From an uncultured virus (IMG/VR IMGVR_UViG_3300042337_000191) (lineage: Duplodnaviria; Heunggongvirae; Uroviricota; Caudoviricetes): a stretch of 64,000 bases of DNA. A program made the translations under genes and the position numbers. Each line of letters starts with the position of its first letter. Position 1 is the stretch's first letter. Below are positions 20,198 through 31,231 of this stretch, in pieces. The stretch lies in IMG/VR virus record IMGVR_UViG_3300042337_000191, one strand, 5' to 3'. The notes under the pieces are model-generated. The model did not search any database. It was not told where the DNA came from and was given only the letters and a program-made list of their open reading frames with translations.

Positions 20198-21757
20198 TTA
20201 AAATTCTACAATCAACTTGAACGATTCAGTCTGTGTGTTTGATCTTTCAACTGTATTTATATTCTGAACATAAAGAGGTCTAACGTCTTTAGTGTAAATT
20301 GCGCCTTCTGCACTTATAGTTATATTGAGGGTAGGTGTACCATCTTCATAAGTGATTCTCTCACCATCTTCAAAACTTCTGTCTCCGGCTACATACATTG
20401 CACTAGAATTAACAAAGGCTATAATTCCTTTAGCGCCAGAACTTTCTCCATAGATAACATCTTCAACGTTGAAAGTGTAATATATGTTATTGATATCAAA
20501 TTTCAAAAGTTGATTAAAAGTGTTAGTTTGATACCTGTTTTCACTTTTTTCGAAATTTATATCCATAGCGTATGGATTTTTCATTAAACCGATTTTAGAG
20601 TAATTAATATTGTCTGGTATTGTGGTCAATTCGTTGTTAGAAAATCTAAAAGCTACACAGAATCCTTTGGCGTCTAATTCTGATGCTGGGTCGCTTCCAT
20701 GCCCTCCAGGAGGAGGAACAATAGCATAAGCTGTGGCTCCGGATCCCCAAAGAGTATTACTCTGAATTGAGACATTGGCTCTTGTGATTCCAGTTCCAAT
20801 GTCAAGCATAATTATACTACCAATAGAATTCTGATAAGGATTGATTGTAGTATAAGCTTTTGGTCGAGCTCCGAGATCAGCGTCTGTATTGAAAACTACT
20901 CTTGGGCTGATTTTATATTGAGTCTCGCCTTCAATTATATTATCTGTATTGATTCCTTCGTCTTGCACTCTTACGAAATTACCAGTAGTATTAGAAATAT
21001 ATTGTTTCACATATGTTAATTGAGAAGTTGTTTCTAATGTGTTATAGATATAAATTCCATTTTTAGTATAATATTCATTGAAAGATGATGCATTTGAAGA
21101 AATCTGAATCATGGTACTGTTAATAACAGCTTCTACAATACCGTCATGGTGTGCATCATAACCAGATCCTGGGTTAGTAATGACAACAACTTCTACGCCT
21201 GAATAGCTTGATGCAGTAGCATAGATATTTTGATCTGTATAAACTGGAATATAGTCATCTGTTGCAAATTTATCGTAGTTTGCAGAAGAAACAGAATAAA
21301 CATAACGCCAAACATAACCATCTGAAGTTTGAAATGACAATTTGCCTTGAGGGTCACCAATGGTGCTTGGGTCAATTGTAGAAGGAGCGCCATTGGCGTT
21401 ATCTATACATTTATAGATCAAATAGTTGCCACCAACAATGCCAGGAATACACACAGTGTAAAAATTACTGTTAGAATGTAATGTATCTGAGGTATTATCA
21501 TATTCGTCGAATACTTTTCCATATTCCCATTGTTTATTGTCTATGACTAATGTAACATCATTATAAGTAAGTCGTTTACCAAAAAGCATTGACCAAACAG
21601 GATAATTTGTGTCATAATCGTCGTTTGCTAGCGTGGGGACAGTAAGGCTAGAAACAGGATCAGCAGCAAAAGCGTAATAATCGCTTGAGCCTGACAACAT
21701 ATTATCTTTCATTTCATCAATGAGAGCTTTTTTGTATGTAGGTAGTAACTTACCCAT
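20198..21757 (-). CDS. gp8: Baseplate wedge subunit
   Basis: YKCIDN...DGYVWRY..., PPGGHG.DP..EL, and C-terminal QTESFKLIVEF; synteny with gp7/gp6. Confidence 0.8.
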   Translation of the reverse strand: MGKLLPTYKKALIDEMKDNMLSGSSDYYAFAADPVSSLTVPTLANDDYDTNYPVWSMLFGKRLTYNDVTLVIDNKQWEYGKVFDEYDNTSDTLHSNSNFYTVCIPGIVGGNYLIYKCIDNANGAPSTIDPSTIGDPQGKLSFQTSDGYVWRYVYSVSSANYDKFATDDYIPVYTDQNIYATASSYSGVEVVVITNPGSGYDAHHDGIVEAVINSTMIQISSNASSFNEYYTKNGIYIYNTLETTSQLTYVKQYISNTTGNFVRVQDEGINTDNIIEGETQYKISPRVVFNTDADLGARPKAYTTINPYQNSIGSIIMLDIGTGITRANVSIQSNTLWGSGATAYAIVPPPGGHGSDPASELDAKGFCVAFRFSNNELTTIPDNINYSKIGLMKNPYAMDINFEKSENRYQTNTFNQLLKFDINNIYYTFNVEDVIYGESSGAKGIIAFVNSSAMYVAGDRSFEDGERITYEDGTPTLNITISAEGAIYTKDVRPLYVQNINTVERSNTQTESFKLIVEF

Positions 21758-21767
21758 TTAATAACCC

Positions 21768-22703
21768 TTACTTACCGATAGCAATATAATAAACGTTTGT
21801 TGCAGTAGCATTAGAAGTTCTTACTGTTGCACCGCTTACTGTTCTTGCTGTAAAATAAACGTAATCTGCAGTATTACCTGTAGCAGTAATTGAAAATACT
21901 GCAGTACTAAAAACGTCTGCAAAAGATATAGAACCAGTGCTAGTGTTAGACAACACCCATCCCCAAGTCATCTTTAGACCGTTTGGAAGAAAAGTGTAAC
22001 CATTAGCAGCGGCTGTATGCGAACCTAATGTAAATCCAGTGTTTGATACTACATTAGCTGCCGGCAGAGTGGCCATAGTTGTATTAATAGTAACATTAGC
22101 ACCAACGGTTATTTTACCAGGTTCAACATTAGCCTGACCAGAAGTACCGTTGGCAACACGAACAATACTATAATCCAAAAGCAAGTTTGCTGATGTATTA
22201 CCACAGGAAATAGCTTGGTTATTAATGCTAACGTTAGCACCAACAAGAATTCTATTTGGATGAATAACTATAGAACCCTGAGTGTTATTAGCAATAGAAA
22301 TATTAGTTCCATTAGCAAATACATTTGATGTTGCGTTTCCAATAGCGATAACAGAACTGTTTACTGTTGCCCCAAAAGCTCCAGAGGTTGTATTTCCGAT
22401 ACTAAGCTGCGCAGCTGTTAAATTGGCAGTATATGTATTGTTAGAAACCTGAATTGTGTATGTATTTACTACTGATTTTGAAGAATTTGTAGCATTAGCG
22501 ACCTGAACGCTTGGAGCCGCTGTTGAATTTGAAGTAAGGATAACATTTGACGTTGCATTACCAACTGTTACCCAACTAGTGACTGTAGGATTACTGAAAG
22601 CATTAGCCAAACTTTCATTAACCTTAATCATAGCAGTTCTTAGTGGATCGCCAGTTCCATCATTAGCTGTCGTTCCAACATCAATTTCTTGATATGTACC
22701 CAT
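21768..22703 (-). CDS. gp9/gp10-like N-terminus fused to a short fibre domain
   Basis: IDVGTTANDGTGDPLRTAMIKVNE matches the gp9/gp10 N-terminal motif; C-terminal GYTFLPNGLKMTWG...YYIAIG fibre-tip domain. Confidence 0.7.
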   Translation of the reverse strand: MGTYQEIDVGTTANDGTGDPLRTAMIKVNESLANAFSNPTVTSWVTVGNATSNVILTSNSTAAPSVQVANATNSSKSVVNTYTIQVSNNTYTANLTAAQLSIGNTTSGAFGATVNSSVIAIGNATSNVFANGTNISIANNTQGSIVIHPNRILVGANVSINNQAISCGNTSANLLLDYSIVRVANGTSGQANVEPGKITVGANVTINTTMATLPAANVVSNTGFTLGSHTAAANGYTFLPNGLKMTWGWVLSNTSTGSISFADVFSTAVFSITATGNTADYVYFTARTVSGATVRTSNATATNVYYIAIGK

Positions 22704-22717
22704 AAATTTGTCCCCTT

Positions 22718-25700
22718 TTAATAAGCAATAATATCCGAAGTTACGAATCTAGAATTACTGTCTGCTGTTAGATGAACGTAAATATCCCCATTTGAGTTCA
22801 AATCTCTATCGACAGAGATAACAATAAAATCAGATCTGTTAGTTATATTGTCAACTTTGATTGCAATATTATCAACAGAAACTGTAGGAATATCAGCATA
22901 TTCATAATAGTCATAAACATATGTATCTACTGTGAAATGATCCTCATCACAAGTAATAAAATCTCCTGAAACTAGAGTATAAAGTGTAACAGGATCAGTA
23001 TTAGCATATGATTGATCATATGCGATTTGCATAATAGAAGTATTTAGATCTTTGTATAAATACTTACCAAATAATTCAGAACCAGCAGAGTGGAAAGTTT
23101 CGTTAATTATATCTTTGTATTTAGAAAGATTTTTTGCAGCCCTGATTTCATAAGAATAATCTTGATAATAATAACTATCTTGGATGTATTTATCGGAATC
23201 CAAGAAACTTCTTGTAGAATTCCAGAATCCTTTGCCTTCTCCTATACCTTTTTTGTTGACAAGGCCAGTAACTTCCACCAGAGTATTAAATTCTACCAAT
23301 TCAGAAGTCAAAAATGCATTTTTGCCATTTTTTGTTTGGACAAGTACCTGAGGAGCCTGTCTGTAACCCGATCCACCATTCAATACTGTTGCGTCAACAA
23401 TTCCGCCTGTTGTATTTGTAGTTATGAATCCTGTGGCAATAGTTCCTGGATCTCCGCCAGCGAAAACCAATTTTTCGTTGTTAGCATATCCAGTTCCGCC
23501 TTGAACAATTGTAATAGCATCTGAAACTGCATTATACAAATAAGCAGTTACTTCTTCGCCTTCAACATAACCAATACCAGAATCAAGACTAGTAACAGAC
23601 TTAATAGCATTATTTCCTGAGCTAGGAATAGCTGTGATTTTTTCGTTTTCACCATTTATAGAACCATTGGCACTATACATCAATGTGTCATATTTGGCAA
23701 AATTGGCAGGTATAGTTGTTGGAGCCATAAAATATTTTGCTTTATCTGTTGAATTATAAATTGTATTTCCATACAGATACATTTTTGTATTGCTAACAAC
23801 TTCTTTAATAACTTGGAATTCAACAGTATTAGAATCTGCACTATTCGCTTGGAAACAAATTACATCGTTCGCCTCAAAAACCTCTGAGAACACTGTGCCA
23901 AAATTAGCATTTGTTATTTCGTCACTAGTAAGAGTAACAATATAATTATTTGTGTAATTGATATAGTAATAAGAATTACCTGTCAGACCGTCTAAAGCAG
24001 TATTGCCATTAGGTACTACGTATTCAATTCTTTGTCCAAAAGTCAATTCAGAGTATTCTAATGATATACTAGAACTATTGACAAAGTTCACATAATAATA
24101 TGTATTACCAGTCAATCCGTTTAGCGGAGTATTGCTATTAGGAACTTGATAATAAACTCTATCGCCTTTTGCGAAATAGCTACTGGCTGAGCTTATTTTG
24201 ATAGTATCTGTGTTATAATCAAAACCACTAGAATTAGCATAGAAATTATAAGAAACATTATTTCTTACCAATACTATACTATGAGTTTCATTCGAGTTTG
24301 CGCCAGGAGCAGTGTTATTAATGCTAACGTTAGCAACGTTATATCCTCGGCTCAACTTTATTGGCTTAATCCAATTTCCCAACAAACTGAAGCCATTACC
24401 GTTCGCATAAAATGCAAACTGTGTTCCTGTTTCGTCTTCTATATAATGTGTTTCTGCTGGGTTATCAGCTTCACGAACAACTGCAAGGATATCCACATTT
24501 GCGCCAAGAACAGGAGTTGATCCAGTAACATAATAAGCAAACCCAACATCAAAAACTGCACCACTACCGCTTGAATTACCACCAATAGAATTTGAAACCA
24601 CAATGGTAGGGTTCAAATTAATAAAATTAGTTCCTGGATTAGTAACTACAAATGATAGATTTCCACCAGTGCTATTAGTAGATAATGATAAGGTAGCATT
24701 AGTTCCAAGAGCATTGGCAGTCAAAGCAATAGATGTAGTGTTTACGAAATTAATCCAGTAATAATTATTACCTGTAAGCCCTCTCAAAGCAGTATTATTG
24801 GTAGGAACTTGGTAATAAACCTTATCGCCTTTTGCAAAATAATCGTCTGCTTGATAAATATAAATTACATCAGAGGTATTACTAAATCCTTGAGAATTTG
24901 CATAAAATTGATAAATTGCGCCGTTGCTTACTAAAACAATATCATGAAGCTCTGCAGGATCAGTAGTTCCTCTTGCATCTCTAATATTAACATTAGATCT
25001 TAAATTTACTACAGTGATAATATCTGTATTGTTATAATTTGTAGCAATACCAGTATAAATTAATTCTCTGACTTCCAGAGCGTCTGCAGAATATGTGACT
25101 TTTCCTGGCAATTCATTAGATGTAATTACTGATCTTGTAAATGTAGTAGCTGGTTTAGTATAATTGTTACCAATTTTAATATTTCTAAGATTTAGAATTC
25201 TACCAAAAGTACCACCTTTATAAGTCAAAACGTCATTTAATGTTGAATTGATATTACCAATTAGGTTTTTATCAAACCCAAAAGTTGCATCGTTTAGATA
25301 AACTCTTTTATAGTTGTATATTATATCATCATTATATAATACATATCTTTTAGAATAAAGGTTACGAATATTGAATCCGCCGCCTGTACCTGTTTTATCA
25401 TATGTGTCATTATAGAGAAATGTGAGAGAATTAGCTGTAAAACCAAATCCGCTACTCTGAACTCTAATTGTCAAAGCACCAATTTGTTTGAATACTTCTG
25501 CTACTCTTATTAGACCTTCTTTACCATAAGAAATAATATCGTCGGTAATGGGATCTCTATAAACAAGTTTTAGAACGTCGCCAACATTAAAATCCTGACC
25601 GCCAATAGTAACGTCAAGATTATACATAGAACCAAGAACTACTGGAGCTTGATAATTTATTTCACTGTTAGCAAAAAAGTCATAACGAATTATCTTTTCG

Positions 25701-26293
25701 CCGATGATAAATTCGCCGCCGTTTGGAAGAACATTAGTAATGTAAACAAGATTTACAATATCGTTGTTATATCTTTGTTGAACATAATTTTCAACAACAG
25801 CAAAAGTATTAGAAGAAGTGCCAACAATAGTTTTACCAACCCAATCTTTCATTACATCATTATCAGTAATTTCTAGATATTGGGGCTTATACCAATTACC
25901 ATCAGACACTCTCATAACATCAGTGCCTGGAAGGTAAATGTCTACATCTTCGTCATAAATTAATCTGAAAAGAAGCTTATAACAGTATATTGACCCTTTA
26001 GATCTGTAAACGTCAAGAATATGCTTTAGTAGAAATCTTTTGTTTGAAATGATATCAAACGGAATACCATACAGATACTTTTTCTGAAAGTGCTGTAAAA
26101 AGTCTTCAGTAGTATTATCGATATCTCTATTGTCGAATAAGCTTCTGGCTTCGCCAATAGGGTTGCCTTCGCTTTCCATCCATTCGTAATATGCCTTCAT
26201 AAACAATATGAAGGTTGGTCCATCTTCCTGATAAAATTGCGGGAATTGGTTCTCTACGAAATTAGAGATATATTTTTCTACTGAAAATTCCAT
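22718..26293 (-). CDS. gp7: Baseplate wedge initiator
   Basis: QFPQF...FMKAYYEWME; YRSKGS; C-terminal IQDSYYYQDYSYEI..H.AG; located next to gp6. Confidence 0.75.
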   Translation of the reverse strand: MEFSVEKYISNFVENQFPQFYQEDGPTFILFMKAYYEWMESEGNPIGEARSLFDNRDIDNTTEDFLQHFQKKYLYGIPFDIISNKRFLLKHILDVYRSKGSIYCYKLLFRLIYDEDVDIYLPGTDVMRVSDGNWYKPQYLEITDNDVMKDWVGKTIVGTSSNTFAVVENYVQQRYNNDIVNLVYITNVLPNGGEFIIGEKIIRYDFFANSEINYQAPVVLGSMYNLDVTIGGQDFNVGDVLKLVYRDPITDDIISYGKEGLIRVAEVFKQIGALTIRVQSSGFGFTANSLTFLYNDTYDKTGTGGGFNIRNLYSKRYVLYNDDIIYNYKRVYLNDATFGFDKNLIGNINSTLNDVLTYKGGTFGRILNLRNIKIGNNYTKPATTFTRSVITSNELPGKVTYSADALEVRELIYTGIATNYNNTDIITVVNLRSNVNIRDARGTTDPAELHDIVLVSNGAIYQFYANSQGFSNTSDVIYIYQADDYFAKGDKVYYQVPTNNTALRGLTGNNYYWINFVNTTSIALTANALGTNATLSLSTNSTGGNLSFVVTNPGTNFINLNPTIVVSNSIGGNSSGSGAVFDVGFAYYVTGSTPVLGANVDILAVVREADNPAETHYIEDETGTQFAFYANGNGFSLLGNWIKPIKLSRGYNVANVSINNTAPGANSNETHSIVLVRNNVSYNFYANSSGFDYNTDTIKISSASSYFAKGDRVYYQVPNSNTPLNGLTGNTYYYVNFVNSSSISLEYSELTFGQRIEYVVPNGNTALDGLTGNSYYYINYTNNYIVTLTSDEITNANFGTVFSEVFEANDVICFQANSADSNTVEFQVIKEVVSNTKMYLYGNTIYNSTDKAKYFMAPTTIPANFAKYDTLMYSANGSINGENEKITAIPSSGNNAIKSVTSLDSGIGYVEGEEVTAYLYNAVSDAITIVQGGTGYANNEKLVFAGGDPGTIATGFITTNTTGGIVDATVLNGGSGYRQAPQVLVQTKNGKNAFLTSELVEFNTLVEVTGLVNKKGIGEGKGFWNSTRSFLDSDKYIQDSYYYQDYSYEIRAAKNLSKYKDIINETFHSAGSELFGKYLYKDLNTSIMQIAYDQSYANTDPVTLYTLVSGDFITCDEDHFTVDTYVYDYYEYADIPTVSVDNIAIKVDNITNRSDFIVISVDRDLNSNGDIYVHLTADSNSRFVTSDIIAY

Positions 26294-28191
26294 TATTCTT
26301 TAGCTTCGATTATGGTTATAGATACATCTTCAGGTACTATTTTAATAATATTATTTAAGCCAGCAAAAATATCTACATCTTCATTGCGAAGATAAATTGC
26401 AATTTCACCACTGTAAGAAGAAATGGTTATATCGTTCAAAGTAAACGATCCATCACTATATTTAATTTTACCAACTTCAACAATAGGTGTGATGACTCCA
26501 TTTACTGGAGCATAAACTTTAATAATTGCTTTACCAATATCATCGCCAGTTTCTTCTGCTTGTCCATCGTCAGCAAAATATGCATCGGTATATTCAACAC
26601 CATTATATACGTATGTGAATTTTGAAGAAATTAATGAAGCATGATCGTAATGAGTTTGATAACTAGACAAATAAAGTTCAGCGTGCGGTATTAATACTCC
26701 ATTTTCATAAACTTTTTTAGTTGGAGTCTCATACATAATAACATTTTTTGTGGCTATGCTATATGTGGTAGGCCAATTTAATAAAGGAGCAATTTTTTTA
26801 ATTAATCTCAAATGTGTTTGGTTACTTACCACACTAGTGTCAGAATCATCAATTTCTGTAGCTAATCGACTGAATCTTAAATCTTTATTAAATAATTCCA
26901 AGTGATCTGAACTATATTGAAGTATAGAGTTCAAAACTTCTGTATTAATTTCAGAAACAGATTTACTTGTAGTATATATGTTATATTGAACGACTGTATC
27001 AAGCTTGACATATATGTATTCTGGGTCAGTTAAATCTAATCTGTTAGGAAGAGCAACATATCTTAAAAGGAAGTTAATGATTCTATTTTTCAAATAGTCA
27101 GGAGCAATAGTTCCAATAACTGGCTTTAAACAAACAATAACTCTACCATATCTTTTAGGTTCAACTTCTTGACCACCAAATATGGCAACGTCTTGAATTT
27201 CTCCGCCGAAATTGTTTTTAACAAGAGCAGCATAATCGTCTGAAGAAACTGCTCTTTGCTGAGTAGCAAAATATCTTGGAGCGGCGAATCTTACCGATTC
27301 GATTGATTCTTGTGCAGAACCACCAACAGAGGGAGAAACTGTTGTGATAGAAGAGGGTGAAGCGACACCGTTATTAAATGGTCCAATATCGTCATCTAGT
27401 GTAAATTCTTCAACGCCGTTACCAAGATAACCATTGGTAACAATATATTTTACAAGAATGGTAGACCCATTCTTAGGCTTTCTACCAAAATAACCGTCAC
27501 CAAAAACAACTTCATATTTGTTGCTATCAGAACCTTGAACGAAAAACACTTCTGATTTATTGTCAAGTTCAAATAAGGTTTCAGAACGTGTAAATTCTGT
27601 GTTTGTAGAACCGTTATCTTCAACTACATATACTTCTAAACTTGTAGTGTCAATATTTTGATTAGAAAGAACAAATAATTGATTTTCAATATCATAATTC
27701 ATTACAAATGAATCTTGGAAATATATACCTTCGTTAATTTGAAGGTTATCTATTGTAAATATATTATTAGTTGAGGTGACTGTAATTCTAGAGTCTGTTA
27801 CGAAATTGAATGAACCATTGGAGTTTGACCCTGAGAATCTAGTGCCCTTTGGAATGGTAAGATTTCCCAAAATACCAGTTGTTTCAACTGTGAATGAAAC
27901 ATTAGCAACAGAACAATGGGCGCTTCTTGGGGTATAATTTAACTCTTTTGAATGAGACACAATCGAATCGTATTTCTGAGCTGAATCAAGAAACATCTCA
28001 GAAGCAACCATATTGAGATAAAACGAATTCAAATATGAATTATATGCCATAACGTCTAATAGAACGTTAATATTTGAGCCGTCGTAGTTGTAATCTTTGA
28101 GAACAGACTGAGTTTTTAGGAACTCTTTGAAATTCTCTTTAAGAGTATCAAAATCTAAAGAACTAAGTGTTAGTGAGCTATTTGCTGCCAT
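26293..28191 (-). CDS. gp6: Baseplate wedge subunit
   Basis: LDFDTLKENFKEFL..DYNYDGSN..LLDVMAYN; EMFLDSA; QQRAVSSDDY. Confidence 0.92.
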   Translation of the reverse strand: MAANSSLTLSSLDFDTLKENFKEFLKTQSVLKDYNYDGSNINVLLDVMAYNSYLNSFYLNMVASEMFLDSAQKYDSIVSHSKELNYTPRSAHCSVANVSFTVETTGILGNLTIPKGTRFSGSNSNGSFNFVTDSRITVTSTNNIFTIDNLQINEGIYFQDSFVMNYDIENQLFVLSNQNIDTTSLEVYVVEDNGSTNTEFTRSETLFELDNKSEVFFVQGSDSNKYEVVFGDGYFGRKPKNGSTILVKYIVTNGYLGNGVEEFTLDDDIGPFNNGVASPSSITTVSPSVGGSAQESIESVRFAAPRYFATQQRAVSSDDYAALVKNNFGGEIQDVAIFGGQEVEPKRYGRVIVCLKPVIGTIAPDYLKNRIINFLLRYVALPNRLDLTDPEYIYVKLDTVVQYNIYTTSKSVSEINTEVLNSILQYSSDHLELFNKDLRFSRLATEIDDSDTSVVSNQTHLRLIKKIAPLLNWPTTYSIATKNVIMYETPTKKVYENGVLIPHAELYLSSYQTHYDHASLISSKFTYVYNGVEYTDAYFADDGQAEETGDDIGKAIIKVYAPVNGVITPIVEVGKIKYSDGSFTLNDITISSYSGEIAIYLRNEDVDIFAGLNNIIKIVPEDVSITIIEAKE

Positions 28192-28617
28192 TTATCGGAC
28201 TCGTTTCAATAGGACAGTAAGAGTAATAGGTTCTGGATTATTTATTAAAGTATAATAGATACTTATTTCTAAAGAGTTTTCGTTTGGCTGAATTTTAACT
28301 TCAACACCCAAAAGGTTTGCTCTTGGTTCATTGTTCTCTATAGTATTTTTTATAAAAAGTTCCAGAAGAGAAATATCTTCAGGATACTGATTCTCAAAAA
28401 GCATAGAATACACATCTGAGCCTACCATTGGCTGAAAAGGTCTCTCGCCAAGATTTGTTTTTATAAGATTTTTTAACGATTGATTGACTGCTTGCTCGTT
28501 AGTAACTCTACCAAGTTGATTACCAAATGGAGTGATGTCAAAACCTGTCAAAAAATCCGAAAAATATTCTTTTTGTTTTGATGTGCCTGTTAAAGCGTCT
28601 GCTCTTGTTGTTGCCAT
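28192..28617 (-). CDS. gp25: Baseplate wedge / sheath initiator
   Basis: AVNQSLKNLIKTNLGERPFQP..GS; NEPR. Confidence 0.92.
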   Translation of the reverse strand: MATTRADALTGTSKQKEYFSDFLTGFDITPFGNQLGRVTNEQAVNQSLKNLIKTNLGERPFQPMVGSDVYSMLFENQYPEDISLLELFIKNTIENNEPRANLLGVEVKIQPNENSLEISIYYTLINNPEPITLTVLLKRVR

Positions 28618-28905
28618 TTATCCTACTTCTACTAAACTGCTTCCAGAAGAAGCTTTGGGATTACAATGTTCTCCGCCAGCTGTTGGACATAAATTGTCCT
28701 GATTAGCACTATCATTAACCACTATTATTTTTTTACCAGCAATTGTAATATACGATTTAGAAGCTATTAAACCGCCAGCACCATGTGTATTTTGATCGTT
28801 TTCAACAGCCCATAATTTTCCTTCGATGGTAACAAAATTCTGACCACTAACAACTGTAGTAGCTCCACAAGATCTTTGATCGCTGTGTCTATGTGCTTGG
28901 CTCAT
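28618..28905 (-). CDS. PAAR-type spike tip protein (gp5.4-like)
   Basis: HRHSDQRSCGA...H...HC metal ligands; lies between the spike gene and gp25. Confidence 0.75.
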   Translation of the reverse strand: MSQAHRHSDQRSCGATTVVSGQNFVTIEGKLWAVENDQNTHGAGGLIASKSYITIAGKKIIVVNDSANQDNLCPTAGGEHCNPKASSGSSLVEVG

Positions 28906-28912
28906 TTACTAT

Positions 28913-29737
28913 TTAACCTTGTTCAAATTTAATCTGGGAAGATTTAATAGTAATCGAACCGCTTTCTATCACTATACTGGAACCACCAACTTTTAATGTA
29001 ATTTTTGATTGTGATTCGACAGTAATATCAGATTGTGCTTTTCCTATAATCTTAGCTGCAGAATTAATAGTAGCATCAGATCCTGTTTGGATCATCATGG
29101 TACTACCAGTTTCTATTTTGCCCTTTTGTTTTATGTGAATATCATGGTTAGAACCTGCATATAAAGAAACGTCTTTCTGAAATACTTCGATTTTGTTTTT
29201 CTCACCCATAGAAACATATTCGCCTTCAGTTGCCATAAAGCGATCTTTTTTACATCTATCTCTAAGAGTTCCAGAGCTTACTTTACAAGTTACGGAATCA
29301 GAGGCTTTCTGGGTCGACTTATATTGTGCGCCTCCAGACATTTTGATTTCTTCTTTTTGTGTACCTCTGTAATATTTTCCACCAGTTGCTTGACCAAAAT
29401 CTTTTCCGTATTCAATTCTACCAGTTTTTTCACCATTATGATCGTAATGACCATCAACTTGACTAGCATGCCCGCCAGCAGTATATCCTCTATATTCACC
29501 AGATTTTAGATTTGTGTGTATTTCTTTTTTATCAGAATCGTGCTGTGTGGTATGATAGCTTCCACTAGGCAATAATTCTTCAGAATAAGATTTTTCGTTT
29601 TCGTCAGGATAACGATATTTGAAATGATGACCACCTAATGCATCCCATTCTCCGTGAATGTATCCATATTTTGGAACAATATCGCCCTCATCAACTCCGG
29701 ACTTTGGTAATTTTTTATTGTCTTTATCATTAGCCAT
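28913..29737 (-). CDS. Central spike, gp5 C-terminal beta-helix-like part
   Basis: Repetitive beta-strand C-terminus (KITLKVGGSSIVIESGSITIKS) as in VgrG/gp5 spikes; adjacent to the PAAR gene. Confidence 0.6.
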   Translation of the reverse strand: MANDKDNKKLPKSGVDEGDIVPKYGYIHGEWDALGGHHFKYRYPDENEKSYSEELLPSGSYHTTQHDSDKKEIHTNLKSGEYRGYTAGGHASQVDGHYDHNGEKTGRIEYGKDFGQATGGKYYRGTQKEEIKMSGGAQYKSTQKASDSVTCKVSSGTLRDRCKKDRFMATEGEYVSMGEKNKIEVFQKDVSLYAGSNHDIHIKQKGKIETGSTMMIQTGSDATINSAAKIIGKAQSDITVESQSKITLKVGGSSIVIESGSITIKSSQIKFEQG

Positions 29738-31231
29738 TTACGATATTCCCAATAATTTTAACATTGTTTCAATATTTGTCAATCCTGTTTCTGAAATATT
29801 TCCTCCGGAATAACTGCCACCGCCAGAAGCTTGTGGGAATCCTGAACCAGCCCCACCGCCACCGCCATTGGAACCGCCACCAAAACCACCGAAACTGCCT
29901 AACAGACTTCCACCACCAAGATTTCCTAGGATACCACCAATACCTCCTCCACCAATTCCAAACCCTCCCATGATATTCGATAAGCCTCCCATGTTTCCAA
30001 GAGATCCTAAAGCTCCGCCCAAACCACCGCCCATTGCCATATTTCCTAGTTCAAAGAGCTGATTGTTGAACGACATATCTTTTGTATACTGTTGCAAAGC
30101 TTTATTAATCTCGCCTTGGTTCAATACAGATTTTGGTAATTGTTCAGATTGTAACATTTGCAATAATTGCTGTAATTGGCCACCCATCATACCAGCCATA
30201 TTATTTCCTCCGTTGTTGCCGGAGTTACCACCAGAATTATTTCCCATGTTGTTGTTTAATGTATCTTGCTCTATTAAGTTTGATCTTTTTATCAACAATT
30301 CATTAAATATTGCAATTGTCAAAATAGGTTGCGGTCCAATTTCCAAATTAGGTTGTGGTGTTTGTAATTTCACATATTGATCTAGATCTTCTGCCAATCC
30401 CAATTCTGAATTTGAGTATATTTCTTGACTTGATGAAGAAAAGTGATAAGAATTTTCTTCCTTTTTTGTCCAAACCTTATCCGTAGAAGCTGGAGATCTC
30501 CATTCATAGTATCCAGGATACGGGTCTGTTGCTAAAGTGTAGTATTGTTTTTGGTAAAAATCAGGAACAGCAGCTGGATCTACCAAAGGATCGGGCACAT
30601 CAACTCCAAATACAACTGTTTCGTATACTGACACAGGAATATCTTCTGGTCCATAATATAGACAAACTTTTATCAAGTTTGCCATAGCATTCTCAACAAT
30701 TTTTCTATATCTAATATCAACTAGATTTATTCTGTTTTCTGAGAGTAACTCAACAAAAACTTGTATTACTCTTTCAAATCCATATTTTCTAACCAAAATA
30801 GCCAAAGCACCAGTAAAAGAATCTTCTAATACTGAAGAAATACCAGAAGGTAATACTGGTATTTGATTTAAACCAGTTTGCCCACCAGCACCACCACCTC
30901 CAAAACCACTACCCATAGACAATATACTAGTCATTTGCATCAATTGTTGATACATTTGTGGTATGACTTGTGCTTTACCTTGAGGATCAATTTGTTTTAC
31001 TAATTGCGGTAAATCTGTGATACCTTTATCACCAGAAGCAGTTGTTGGTTTGTCTGCATTAGGAGCAAATTTATCTCTGACATCAGAAAGTTCTTTTGAA
31101 TCGTCTGGCTTAACTGCTGGCGCATCAGCATATTTTACCGAAGCATCAATTTTTGGTTTTTTACCACCAATAGTTTGATTGTTCGGACTTACTCTCTTTT
31201 TATTTTTTTCAAAAGCTGGTTTAGGCGCCAT
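29738..31231 (-). CDS. Hypothetical baseplate-region protein with Gly/Asn/Met-rich tracts
   Basis: 497-aa ORF translationally coupled between the two gp5-like parts. Confidence 0.6.
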   Translation of the reverse strand: MAPKPAFEKNKKRVSPNNQTIGGKKPKIDASVKYADAPAVKPDDSKELSDVRDKFAPNADKPTTASGDKGITDLPQLVKQIDPQGKAQVIPQMYQQLMQMTSILSMGSGFGGGGAGGQTGLNQIPVLPSGISSVLEDSFTGALAILVRKYGFERVIQVFVELLSENRINLVDIRYRKIVENAMANLIKVCLYYGPEDIPVSVYETVVFGVDVPDPLVDPAAVPDFYQKQYYTLATDPYPGYYEWRSPASTDKVWTKKEENSYHFSSSSQEIYSNSELGLAEDLDQYVKLQTPQPNLEIGPQPILTIAIFNELLIKRSNLIEQDTLNNNMGNNSGGNSGNNGGNNMAGMMGGQLQQLLQMLQSEQLPKSVLNQGEINKALQQYTKDMSFNNQLFELGNMAMGGGLGGALGSLGNMGGLSNIMGGFGIGGGGIGGILGNLGGGSLLGSFGGFGGGSNGGGGGAGSGFPQASGGGSYSGGNISETGLTNIETMLKLLGIS

